64,000 nt of DNA, taken from Octopus sinensis (lineage: Eukaryota). The notes under the pieces were generated by a model. The model was not told the origin of the DNA and ran no database searches. It saw only the letters and a program-made list of their open reading frames with translations. The DNA lies in NCBI RefSeq assembly GCF_006345805.1, contig NC_043001.1, positions 97,464,001-97,528,000 of the forward strand. Reading direction: 5' to 3'. Shown here one piece after another: positions 12,406 through 24,779 of the stretch; within the stretch, counting starts at the first letter, position 1; each line of letters opens with the position of its first letter. The translations under genes and the position numbers were made by a program.

Positions 12406-13179
12406 TTGTGTATAAATGCAGGAACATAAAAGAATACACATTATTCATCGCAAGTTCGGGATTGGATCGTTTGCAAGCTTAAGAACTTTATGAAAGTTAT
12501 ACTAGTTCTGCATAAATGCAATATATATAATCTGTTAAGTAAGATATAATCTCTCGATCTACATGTTCTGAAATCTGAATATTCAAAATCTAGATAGAAT
12601 TCAGGAGCCGTTTGTATCGAAATATATCGAACAGAGAAAAAGCAGGTGTGTTCTCAAAACTACTACACGTTGATAAATTCTGGTGTAGTAGTAGCTACAA
12701 CATACGGTGAATTTATGTTAAATTCATCGAATAATGTTTAATAGTCACCATTCCTACAACGGTGTTTGGGACCCCTGATCGTGATAACTTGTGTTTCGGA
12801 ACACGCAATCACAAAGGTAGATTTGATGAAAATAAATTAGAAAGATCTAAACTCATACACACTTACCATAAATTACAATCTAGGTTCTTCTATCTTCATT
12901 TACATATCGAGGAATATTACAAGTCAAAGGAATTATCAAAGACTATAAATCAATATTACTGAGAGAAAGAAAGACAATGAAAAATGTGTGGCGCGTGTAC
13001 AAATCTGCCGATAGGCAAAGGGTTTTTTAAAGAATACCCTTTACTATTGAGAACAGCTTGTTAAAAGATATATTTTCGTTATCGCCAAACAAATACACCT
13101 CTCTGTTTCAAAGGTGGATCCACCAAAATCAGTGAGAAAGGAATTCTCATAAAATGAATGCAGTATTTCACAGGTGTGT

Positions 13180-13980
13180 TTCATTTGTACACACACGCAC
13201 ATATATGCATACATTCACTCGCACGCACGTACACACACACGCACACACATTTACATATATATAAAATACACGCACACACACATACACACGTACAAACACA
13301 CACAAATTCACATACACACCGACACATATACATACACACAATATATACCTACACGCGCACACACACATACACATACGTACACACATATAAGCACAGACAC
13401 ACACACATATGCACACAAAAACATGCGCACACATACGCACGCACACACGCACACACCCAAAACTCACAACCCCACACACGCACACACCCAAAACTCACAA
13501 CCCCACACACACACACACATACAAACGCACACATACACGCACAAACAACTACTCGCACATACATACACACACACATAAATGAACCCACACATACATCCCA
13601 CACACACGGCACACAATTATACATACACGCACACAATTATACATACATATATATACACACACACGCACGTACAAGCACACACGCACACATACACTAAGTT
13701 AAGCACAGTTACTCGCCACACACCCAAACACTACGCATACACACACGAACGCACACACTACAAAGAAAACACACACAAGATACATATACACGCACACACA
13801 CATACCTCTTTGCTTTTGACCTGTGGCTGGACCAAAAAACACCACTCCTTATTCTTACATACAGGCCAGCTACTAGCCAGTTGTTCGCCATACACACATA
13901 CACACACACACACCTTTCATCATTGCACACATACACACACACGCGCACACGCACACTCCGCGCACACACACATCCCCCCT
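13180..13980. repeat. Degenerate CA/TA-rich low-complexity tract
   Basis: Direct reading; source of the HT/VC-rich ORFs. Confidence 0.9.
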
Positions 13981-14280
13981 CTCACTTTCTTTACCATACT
14001 GTCTTTGAAAACTCTCCTGTCTTTAAAAACATTATTCTTCCACGTTTCTACTTCCGATCTTTCAATATGTGACCTCGTGAGTACCACTGGCGATTTTTTT
14101 CCTCTGTCTTCCCTTCTCGGGATCTTTCCTTCTCCTATGTTTCCGACGAAGAGCTCCGCTCGAAACGTTAAACCCCCCTTCCCTTCTTCTCTGAGCGTCC
14201 AATAATACTTTATTTGTTCCACCTCCTCGCGTTGTCGTGTTTTTTTAGCTTTTTTTGTGTTTTCTTGTTTGGATTAACTT
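13980..14280 (+). mobile_element. Small pyrimidine-rich element with hammerhead-like motif (14139-14173), Penelope pLTR-like
   Basis: GTTT-CCGACGA-A-GAGC(TCC)GCTC-GAAA-CG-TT-AAAC; ends in a TA tract; homologous to 3962-4150. Confidence 0.55.
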
Positions 14281-14307
14281 TATATATATATGTATATATA
14301 TATATAT

Positions 14308-14553
14308 CACTTGACCGACCTGACCATCAGATGTAGTTACACATCGCTGGTCACAATACGTTCGCATTGTTTTAGCCTTCGAATGACGCCACTCCGCTGG
14401 CTAAGCGAGCAGGCCGACAGAAAAAAGAGTGGGAGAAAGACTGGTGAAAGAGTACAGCAGGGATCACCACCCCCTGCAGGTGCCTCGTGGAGCTTTTAGG
14501 TGTTTTCGCCCAATAAACACTCACAACGCCCGGTCTGGGAATCGAAACCGCGA
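14308..14553 (-). mobile_element. SINE family B, head truncated
   Basis: Reverse complement matches 54102-54390 (CCCAGACCGGGCGTTGTGAGTGTTTATTG...GGCGTCATTCGAAGGCTAAAACAATGCGAA). Confidence 0.8.
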
Positions 14554-14621
14554 TATATATATATAATAGGTTTTGAATTCTATGACTGGCAGTAGCCGTA
14601 AAAGGCACAACATTCAATAAA

Positions 14622-14972
14622 AATGTGGGATATACTTGCCATCTCAATATGGCTAACCACTAAGGCTGGGTGTTACTGTAGCTTTTAGCCCCAGGAGAAC
14701 ATCGTCTCCAGCTGGCTTTAGGCAAACTTTCTGTGCCCTTATTGTATTTGCAAAGGGAGGTCACCCTTCCCTCGTCAACCTAAGTGATACGCATGGACTG
14801 CAGTTTCTAGGTTTTGACCTGACATCAGCGTGACATCCCTTTGCAAATACCATAAGGGCACAGAAAGTGTGCCTAAAGCTAGCTGGAGACGATGTTCTCC
14901 TGGGGCTACAAGCTACAGTAACACCCACCCTTAGTGGTTAGCCTCATTGAGATGTCAAGTATACCTCACATT
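14622..14972. mobile_element. Foldback/MITE-like element with 143-bp inverted arms
   Basis: 14622-14764 versus reverse complement of 14830-14972: 11 mismatches by manual alignment; 65-bp spacer; TSD not resolved. Confidence 0.85.
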
Positions 14973-15417
14973 GTCGTGCAGTTACTGTTTATACCTCGTT
15001 CTGAGATTTATTATTGATTGAATAACATTTTTTTATTGTATTGTTCATGTACTTCCATAAATATAGACACATAAACTCGCAAACAAGTTCATATATAGAG
15101 GGAGTTAGGGGACACATAATCTTGTTCTTACACTCAATTTGTACCTTTTAAACATTTAAAATGAGTCGGGTGGAGAAGTAGATATTGAAATACCATCACT
15201 TTGCTGGTATATATTTATATTTGAGTTGAGTTTTGTATCGTAAAATTAACCGCGTTGCTTAAGAATTCCTCAGGTCCCTGCACGCAGGAATGGAGCCTTA
15301 AATCTTTATATAATAGGAATGACAAGCTAACCATCTATATTCTCCCCCCTTTGCCAATGACATCCATCCCTGTTTTACTTCATTATATATTTATTTCTTT
15401 ATTGCTCACATAGGGAA

Positions 15418-15950
15418 AAACACAGAGGAGACAAACAAGGATATTCAAAGAGATTAAGTCGATGACATCGACCCTAGTCCGTAACTGGTACTGATTTAAT
15501 CGACCTCGAAAGGATGAAAGGTGAAGTCGACCTCGTCGAAATTTGAACTCAGAAGTACCTATTTCTTTACTACCCACAAAGGGTTAAACACAGAGAGGAC
15601 AAACAAGGACAGACAAACTAATTAAGTCGATTATATCGACCCCAGTGCGTAACTGGTACTTATTTAATCGACCCCGAAAGGATGAAAGCCAAAGTCGACC
15701 TCGTCGGAATTTGAACTCAGAAGTACCTATTTCTTTACTACCCAAAAAGGGTTAAACACAGAGAGGACAAACAAGGACAGACAAACTGATTAAGTCGATT
15801 ATATCGACCCCAGTGCGTAACTGGTACTTATTTAATCGACCCCGAAAGGATGAAAGCCAAAGTCGACCTCGTCGGAATTTGAACTCATAACGTAACGGCA
15901 GACGAAATACCGCGAAGCATTTCGCCCGGCGCTTTAACGCATCTGCCGCT
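15418..15950 (-). mobile_element. Head-to-tail trimer of SINE family A (168-bp period)
   Basis: CGACCCCGAAAGGATGAAAG.CAAAGTCGACCTCG core occurs three times; junction GAACTCAGAA|GTACCTATTTC at 15555 and 15723; only the last copy keeps the tRNA-like head. Confidence 0.85.
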
Positions 15951-16904
15951 CTACTTCATTAAATATTGGGAGGATCACCGGCAGACAGCTCCACATGCAC
16001 TCACCAATCAAAACAACTGGAGCCACATGCACGTGCAGATCGCAAATATACAAAGGCACAAGAGAAACCTTAAGAAATACATGATTTATCATCAGAGATC
16101 AATTCAGTAAATTCGCTCCTATAAATACCTCAAAGAACACGCATTTGAACGATGGATGTAATGTTTAATCTATTGTTCTTTTATCGCACAATGTTTTACA
16201 TCTCTGATGCAAGAAAAGCAACGGTGCTACCGAAAACTTTTGCCGGCTGAAACTTTCCGGCTATGACTTCGAATCGAAAAATATTGACGGATCTAATGTT
16301 ACACAGAGCAAAGACAAGATCAATTGTAACAAATCCTACACAATGAAGTTCTCAGTATTAATATCATAGCAGAAATCTTGAATTATAATAACTCCAGGAG
16401 ACCCCGAAATGGACTGAAAAATACTAACTTCACATGAATAAACCACAAAATTGCGTGAATATTTTAATTGCTTCATGTATTTTTATCATTTCTACTATTC
16501 ATGCACATTCTTTCATCCTACATCTACAATTTATTTTCTTTATTTTTAACTCTGACACCAACTTTGCTTTGTTTTTCTATATAATTGTTACTCCATACTC
16601 CAACACACGCCATCATTGTCGATATATTGTTTCGCCGTTCATTTCAAATATAATGTATATTCTCTGATGTTCAACAAAATTTGTTTTATTTTTTTACATG
16701 ATGTCCAATGTTAGTATCTGAAGGAACAAAACCAAAGCAGTTCAGGTCTGCCATATAAGGGCTATCAATCTTAAAGGGAGGGAATGTGTTTATACAAATA
16801 TTTTTCTTTTTCGAAATATATTTATTCATAACATCTGAAAGCAGGTGGAAAGCTATTACTAGAACAAGCGCAGACCACACAAATGCATAGACAATCACAC
16901 ACAA

Positions 16905-17050
<146 letters not shown>

Positions 17051-17804
17051 ACACATACGCACTCACAGAAACAGTCACATGTCCAGGTTTATTCCATATT
17101 CACATAGATAAATTTGAGGTATAAACACACAGACGCGCGCGCACAAACACGTTATATATTCATATATGTTCGTATACACGCTAATATATTATAATACATA
17201 AATGCGCACAAAGAATTACATATAATGTACACTTGCTTTAATACACATATCCATACATTCATTTATACCTTCTTACATTCATAAACATTGTGTGTACGTA
17301 GCTATGGTATATATTATATTTCAGACACAATTTGATAGCGATTAATCTTTTGATCAAGCGCTTCGCCTTATATCACTTATCGTATCGATTTTGATGTTTG
17401 TGCGAAATATATTCAGATATATATCATGTGACTACTAGTAGATACTAAAGTGGGAAACATTATTCTCCGAAACGAAAGAAACGTTACAGAACTCCTTAAT
17501 GTTTAATTCATAATATGCGATAGATAGGTATAAAAAGCCGAGGCCTTTGAACGAACCGACGAACGGCTGTATCCGTTGTACAGATTTAGAAAAGTTTCAT
17601 ACATAGTCCTTTAGTGACCTTTTGTCTATTAACACTTAGTTGATACTATTTTCAATTTTGTTCCAACAGTCTTTGATTGATGGTGATTTTGTTGATGTAA
17701 ATTGTGAAAACTCTGTCTACAAATATAGTCGAGAACCATTATATCTATAAGTAATTTACTGCTCAGCATCGATGCAGTCCTTTGACTAGAATACGTAATT
17801 GAAT

Positions 17805-17815
17805 ATATATATATA

Positions 17816-17882
<67 letters not shown>

Positions 17883-17974
17883 TATGTATATATACATATA
17901 TATATGCATATATATATATAAACATACATATATATATACTTACATACATATATGCATATATATATATGTATATT

Positions 17975-18010
<36 letters not shown>

Positions 18011-18116
18011 TGCATATACATTTATATATATATGTATATATAAATAAATAAATATTCATATATATATTCATATATATATACTTACATACATGCATGTATA
18101 TATGCATATATATTTG

Positions 18117-18170
<54 letters not shown>

Positions 18171-18274
18171 CATATATACATACATACATATTTATATGGA
18201 TATATATATGTATGTATATATATATATATATACAACTTCACTTTGTTATATACATATATATATATATATATATT

Positions 18275-18313
<39 letters not shown>

Positions 18314-18375
18314 GCATGTATGCATGTGTGCGTAGGGTGCATATGCATATAAGCGTATCTGCATACATATATGAA
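17805..18375. repeat. Compound TA/CA/TG microsatellite
   Basis: Direct reading. Confidence 0.95.
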
Positions 18376-18710
18376 TTGTTATTTATTTGTTTATATAATG
18401 ATATGTATACAGCATATGAAATAGATCTCCGTCGTTATAGATTATAACTATTCACCTTTTCGTTCAACTGCGTAAAGCTTATCGGTGACTTTACATGGTA
18501 ATTCAGTGGGGGATACGGTTACAAGACATCGGTGAACAGTAGTCTATGGTTACGATGTCTTGTGGAATCAAACACAGGACTTGGTATTTCATAAGTGAAT
18601 TTCTAATACCTTTCGTTTTATTAACGCACACTTACACACACAGACAGACACCCGAGTGTGATGTGTGTTCAGTCCAATATATAACAGTCATAGCATTTTT
18701 TCGATTGCCC

Positions 18711-18771
18711 GGTAACTGAAGAGATGTCGGCGTGGGTTTCCGCCCAGACATCCGAAACTCAGAGTTTTATC
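18711..18771 (+). ncRNA. Type-I hammerhead-like motif with canonical core
   Basis: GGTAA-CTGAAGA-GATGTC(GGCG..CGCC)GACATC-C-GAAA-CTC-A-GAG-T-T-TTATC; stem I is 5 bp with one G-U; quasi-palindromic stem III; GUU triplet. Confidence 0.65.
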
Positions 18772-18904
18772 ATGGCTACCGAATAATTTTCACATATAAT
18801 ATTTACAGATAAATTCCTCTATTTATATAATATCGAGGTCCCTTTCATTCTTTTGTTGTCTTACCATTTCTATCAATACATATATATACATATATATATA
18901 TCTG

Positions 18905-19063
18905 TACGACAGGCTTATTTCAGTTTCCGTCTACCAAATCCACTCAGAAGGCTGTGGCCGGCCTGAGACATTACTAGAAGATACTTGCCCACGGTACCAT
19001 GCAGTGCAACAGAAACGAGGTGGGTGGCAGTAATTTTCTTACCACACAGATACTCCTTCGCCT
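18905..19063 (-). mobile_element. SINE family D, 5' half
   Basis: TTTCAGTTTCCGTCTACCAAATCCACTC...GATACTTGCCCA...TTCTTACCACACAG matches 29865-30010. Confidence 0.7.
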
Positions 19064-19451
19064 ATATATATATATATATATATATATTCGTAATGATATA
19101 ATGAAATAAAAAAACCAAGGCTGTGTAGATTTTAGAACATTTATAGATAGATGGTCTTACTGCTGTTTCCAGAATATTTATTATGCCCTTAATCGAAAAC
19201 GGTGTGAGAGAATAGTCAAGTAATAGTTAATTTATATATGATACAAAATAGAGACTGAGGTGGAGAGACGAAAATAGTTATATGAGAGATATGTAGGGAT
19301 ATTAAATTTGTAAATCCATTTTTCAGGTAAAATGGTATATATTTAAGATCCCAATGTTTGATGAGTAAAATCCAACAGTATTTAAATTTGATCATTCCCA
19401 ATATCGAGTCTATTCAGTGTTTTTGAATCAAATGTATTTTCTATATCTATA

Positions 19452-19487
<36 letters not shown>

Positions 19488-20045
19488 ATTTGTACTGTGT
19501 AAATGCGTGTGCGTGTGTGTACGTGCGTCTGCGTGCTTGCCTCTTGTGTAGTCCTAAGTTGAATCCGCTTGATCAGAGCTATACTTAAATTTGTCCAGCA
19601 ATTACTCAACATGATCTGTCAGGCTAGTCTCACATCCACTTTATACAATCGTTCCTGCTTTTCCGCACCAAAATTCCACAAACGATAAATTGAAAAGACA
19701 CAGCGGATATAAATACAGACATACCCTAAAATCTCAAGGCCCAGAACAATCACTGTAATTAACACCTACAACTATTTTAAATCAAAATCCTGTGCGAAAT
19801 GTGCACAATTCAAAGTCTTATATAAGTCTATCGAATAGATACATTGCCTGAAAAGTTAGAAATTCCCTTCCTTCGTAATTCTCATGTCTTCTACCCTAAA
19901 TATATCACTGCTCTACACATTTATCTCAAAAGACCAACTACCCAATTCTTAATTTATATTTTCTTTATAGCATATCTCTTCCTCACATCATATATATTTA
20001 ATCATATATATTTAGAATTCATACTAAGTTTTACAGGCAGATGGC

Positions 20046-22232
20046 ATTTTCCCTAGTGGACAATTGATCAAATGTTCGCTAGGGGACAGTTGATCGAATT
20101 TTCGCTAGGGGACAGTTGTTCGAATTTTCGCTAGAGGACGGTTGATCGAATTTGCACTAGTAGCAAGTTGATCGAATTTGGACCAGTGGACAGTTGATCG
20201 AATTTATACCATTGGACAGTTGATCGAATTTTCGCTAGTGGACAATTGATTGAAATGCACAAGTAGACAGTTGATCAAATTTACACCAGTGGACAGTTGA
20301 TCGAAATTAGACCAGTGGACAGTTGATCGATTTTTGCTAGTGGACAGTTGATCGAATTTACAACAGTGGACAATTGATCGAATTTTCACAAGTAGACAGT
20401 TGACCGAATTTTCACCAGTGAAAAGTTGATCGAATTTAGACCTGAGGACAGTTGATCGAACTTTTGCTAGTGAAGAGTTGATCGAATTTTCGCTAGTGGA
20501 CAGAAGTGGACAGTTGATCGAATTTACAGAAGTGGACAGTTAATCGAATTGTTGCTAGTGGACAGTTTATCGAATTTACACCAGTGGACAATTGATCGAA
20601 TTTGCGCAAGTAAACAGTTGATCGAATTTTCCCTAGTGTAGAGTTGATCGAAATTTCGCTAGTGGACAGTTGATCGAATTTAGACCGGTGAACAGTTGAT
20701 CGAATTTATACCATTGGACAGTTGATCGAATTTTCGCTAGTGGACAATTGATTGAAATGCACAAGTAGACAGTTGATCAAATTTACACCAGTGGACAGTT
20801 GATCGAAATTAGACCAGTGGACAGTTGATCGATTTTCGCTAGTGGACAGTTGATCGAATTTACAACAGTGGACAATTGATCGAATTTTCACAAGTAGACA
20901 GTTGACCGAATTTTCACCAGTGAAAAGTTGATCGAATTTAGACCTGAGGACAGTTGATCGAACTTTTGCTAGTGAAGAGTTGATCGAATTTTAGCTAGTG
21001 GACAGTTGATCGAATTTACAGAGGTGGACAGTTAATCGAATTGTTGCTAGTGGACAGTTTATCGACTTTACACCAGTGGACAATTGATCGAATTTGCGCA
21101 AGTAAACAGTTGATCGAATTTTCCCTAGTGTAGAGTTGATCGAAATTTCGCTAGTGGACAGTTGATCGAATTTAGACCGGTGAACAGTTGATCGAATTTA
21201 GACCAGTGGACAGTTGATCGAATTTAAACAAGTGGACAGTTGATCGAATTTGGACCAGTGGACAGTTGATCGAATTTGCAAAAGTAGACAGTCGCTCGAA
21301 TTTTTGCTAGTGAAGAGTTGATCGAATTTTCGCTAGTGGACAGTTGATAGAATTTTCTCTAATGAACAGTTGATCGAATTTTAGCTAGTGGACAGTAGAT
21401 CGAAATTAGAGTAGTGGATAGTTGATCGAATTTAGACCAGTGGACAGTTGATCGAATTTTCACCTGTCCACTAGCGAAAATTCGATCGTCCAAGAGTATA
21501 AATTCGATCAACTGTCTACTTTTCCAAATTCTATCAACTGTCCACTGGTGTAAATTTGATCAATTGTACACTAGTGTAAATTCGATCAACTGTCCACTGG
21601 TCTAAATTCTATCAACTGTCCACTGGTGTAAATTCGATCAACTGTCCACTAGTATAAGTTCGATCAACTGTCCACTGCTCTAAATTCGATCAACTGTCCA
21701 CTAGTGTAAATTCCACTAGTGTAAATTGTTGATCGAATTTGCAAAAGTAGACAGTTGATCGAATTTACACTCTTGGACATTTGATCGAATTTAGACCAGT
21801 GGATAGTTGATCGAATTTTTTCTAGTGAACAGTTGATCGAATTTTCGCTAGTGGACAGTTGATTGAATTTAGTCCAGTGGACATTTGATCGAATTTAGAT
21901 CAGTGTACAGTTGATAGACTTTTCGTTAGTGGACAATTGACTGAAAAGCACAAGTAGACAGTTGATCAAATTTACACCAGTGGACAGTTGATCGAATTTT
22001 GACCAGTGGATAGTTGATCGAATTTTTGCTAGTGGACACTAGCTCGAATTTACATCAGTGGACAATTTATCAAATTTGCACAATTAAACAGTTGATCAAA
22101 TTTACACCCGTGGGCAGTTGATCGAATTTTTGCTAGTGAACAGTTGATCGAATTTTTGCTTGTGCACAGTTGATCGAATTTTCACAAGTAGACAGTTGAT
22201 CGAATTTAGATCAGTGGACTGTTGATCGAATT
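20046..22232. repeat. Minisatellite, 26-bp unit (about 84 units) with higher-order duplication and internal inversion
   Basis: Conserved core GTGGACAGTTGATCGAATTT plus variable 6 bp (TCGCTA, AGACCA, ACACCA, GCAAAA and others); inverted block at 21464-21727. Confidence 0.95.
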
Positions 22233-24087
22233 GAAGGCACTATGCTCTCAAAAAAGAATAAACCTCCTTCCCGAAACTTTGTCATATATAGCTGGTTTCC
22301 CAGATTGCAGGGCGTAATATCTCCCATTCGTTGCAGGCTGAGTGCATTGGAGCAATATGAAAGGGAATATTTCGCACAAGCACTCAACGCAACGCCAGTT
22401 CCAGGAATGCAAACCACCGTCTTATGACAACGACTGCAACACCTAAAACACTCAAGTCCGCACCTTCATATATCATGCCATTAGGCCTCTTATGTGCTCC
22501 AGTAAGATAGAGAACTACTATATCGCAATACCAATCACTTGTGTGTATGTATGTATACGCGGAGTAGCCGAAACAGGGGCAACTGAAGAAGGGGAATATT
22601 ACTTGTGTTGTATGTCTTCTACTCAGTTTTTTCGTTGTTTGAAAAAAGTTCGTTTCCATGTTTTTGTTTTTATGCTTTCGTTTCTCATTGTGTTCAACGT
22701 TGTTTTTTTGGGGTGTCCTGTACTCATCTATGCATGTATATATACATATAGATGTAGGTATCTACATATATGTATGTATATATGCATATGTTTTATATAT
22801 TATTTTGCTGTTATATATATATATATATATATATCTAATAACAAAGGGTAAAATTAATTAATTAACTAGTAATCAATAATTTCACCAAGTAGAATTCGGC
22901 ATGAAAACAGACCATTTCACGGTAAACTTAAGCAATACTTTATAATTAAGGTTCAGCAAAGATCTGCTTTATCGCATACCGAAGATTAGAAATAGCAGCC
23001 AAAGAACCTTAGCTATTTTCTCTACTTTAAAAAGAAACTCCCGAAAAAAACAAAGTACTCGAAAACAATCCACGCCGGCAGAGAGGAAAAATAACGAAAA
23101 TCAATCGATATTTGATTACCCATGTACGCGTTTCGGAAATAGATCGGTATAAAGAATGTATAAAGAATATATATATGTAGATATCCACATATATGTATGT
23201 AGATATGTAGATACGCACACACATACTCATAAATATGCATACATATATGTTGGTGTGTGTTTGGCTGTGTAAGTATGTGTAAATGTATTTGTCAACTTTT
23301 TCTAATAACCATGGCGGTGTTAATCTACTTTCCTTTTCATGTCTACTACATCTGTCTGTATTTCTTTGAACTATCGGTCGCATCGAGTTACTTTGAATTG
23401 TACTAAGTCAGGTAATTATAACTGTTACATTTCGAACTCTCCAGCCATATACATATCTAAACATTGCTTGTATATATGTTATTATTCTATTTTCTCTATA
23501 TTTTGATGATTTTCTACACCGTCGTTGTTTTTATTGTTTTTCTCTGGCTAGCTATATATTATTAAAACTTCATTTTTTCTTCAGTGAAATAGTAATTATA
23601 TTGATCAATATATATATGTTGAACTATTTGATACATCAGCGTGGTGTCTTGTAGCTAAAGGAGGCTGAAAACTTGATTATCGATTAAACTATTATATTGC
23701 AGGTGTGAAACATTTTTGGTATCCAATTCTACAAAATATAAAACGATGTCCAATTTCAGAAACATTTACAAGAAAATCTGTTGACTTTTTCTCCGGCTAC
23801 TCACTTTGAATTCTTTGGTTATTGTAGGATATTTGAATACTACTCAGTTCCGCTTCCAAGGATGTTAAAAGACGTTACACAACATACCACTGACACACAC
23901 ACCCCTTCTCCCCTTCCTCTCTCTTTCTCTCAAACTAATACACACGGAGTCACACACACACACGGACTCATACTTATAGTTGCGTTCCTACCTCAGCATG
24001 TGTGCACATACACGGTTTTCGAGTTAAATTTTACAGGTTATATAAAAAGAACCAGATCTCAATATCCCATTCGAAAATAGGGTTCAA

Positions 24088-24458
24088 ATTTTGGCACAAG
24101 GCCAGCATGTTTTGGAATGTAGATAAGTCGATTATATCGATCTCAGTGCTCCTTCCCTGGAAGGATGAAAGGCAAAATCGACATCGGTGGATTTGGACCC
24201 AGAACCTAAAGACGGTCGAAATACCTATTTCTTTACAATCCACAAGGGGCTAAACACAGAGAAGACAAACAAGGACAGACAAACGGATTAAGTCGATTAT
24301 ATCGACCCCAGTGCGTAACTGCTACTTATTTAATCGACCCCGAAAGGATGAAAGGCAAAGTCGACCTCGGTGGAATTTGAACTCAGAACGTAACGGCAGA
24401 CGAAATACCGGTAAGCATTTCACCCAGCGTGCTAACGTTTCTGCCAGCTCGCCCCTTT
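24088..24458 (-). mobile_element. Two adjacent SINE family A-related copies (older 24088-24225, younger 24226-24458)
   Basis: Both carry the GGATGAAAGGCAAA(A/G)TCGAC core; the younger copy retains the head (...GCTAACGTTTCTGCCAGCTCGCC). Confidence 0.8.
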
Positions 24459-24599
24459 AAGCTTTGTAAATATTTACCTCTGAAACAAAATATGCGATAG
24501 TCATTGTGTCTAAAATAATCCCTCGACTAAGGATTAAGAAAAATAGAAAAACAGCAGAGGCTTTTCATGAGGACCGTATGGACGGTTTCCTGAATACTG

Positions 24600-24732
24600 A
24601 TACGTTTATTTTCCCCACATGGAGGAGACTCCGGACAGTCACATGATTATTGATTTTAGGCATCTGAGACGGCTGGAACAACGTGAAATCAAGTGTTTTG
24701 CTTACAAAGTCCAGGAATCGAAACCACGAGCC
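24600..24732 (-). mobile_element. SINE family C fragment
   Basis: GGAACAACGTGAAATCAAGTGTTTTGCT...TCCAGGAATCGAAACCAC matches 36355-36430. Confidence 0.6.
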
Positions 24733-24779
24733 ATTTACCTCATCCCATAATGTAGAATGAATTGGAAACTAAACAACAG

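Noticed and set aside
13158-14222. ORFs up to 208 aa rich in HT/VC/IY, and similar ORFs at 17.8, 44.4, 46.1, 48.7, 51.7, 56.4 and 62.5-63.3 kb
   Set aside because: Translations of dinucleotide and tetranucleotide microsatellites.
20046-22232. CRISPR-like array (constant repeat plus variable spacer)
   Set aside because: Spacers are only about 6 bp, recur, and are related to each other; no cas genes; eukaryotic context. It is a minisatellite.
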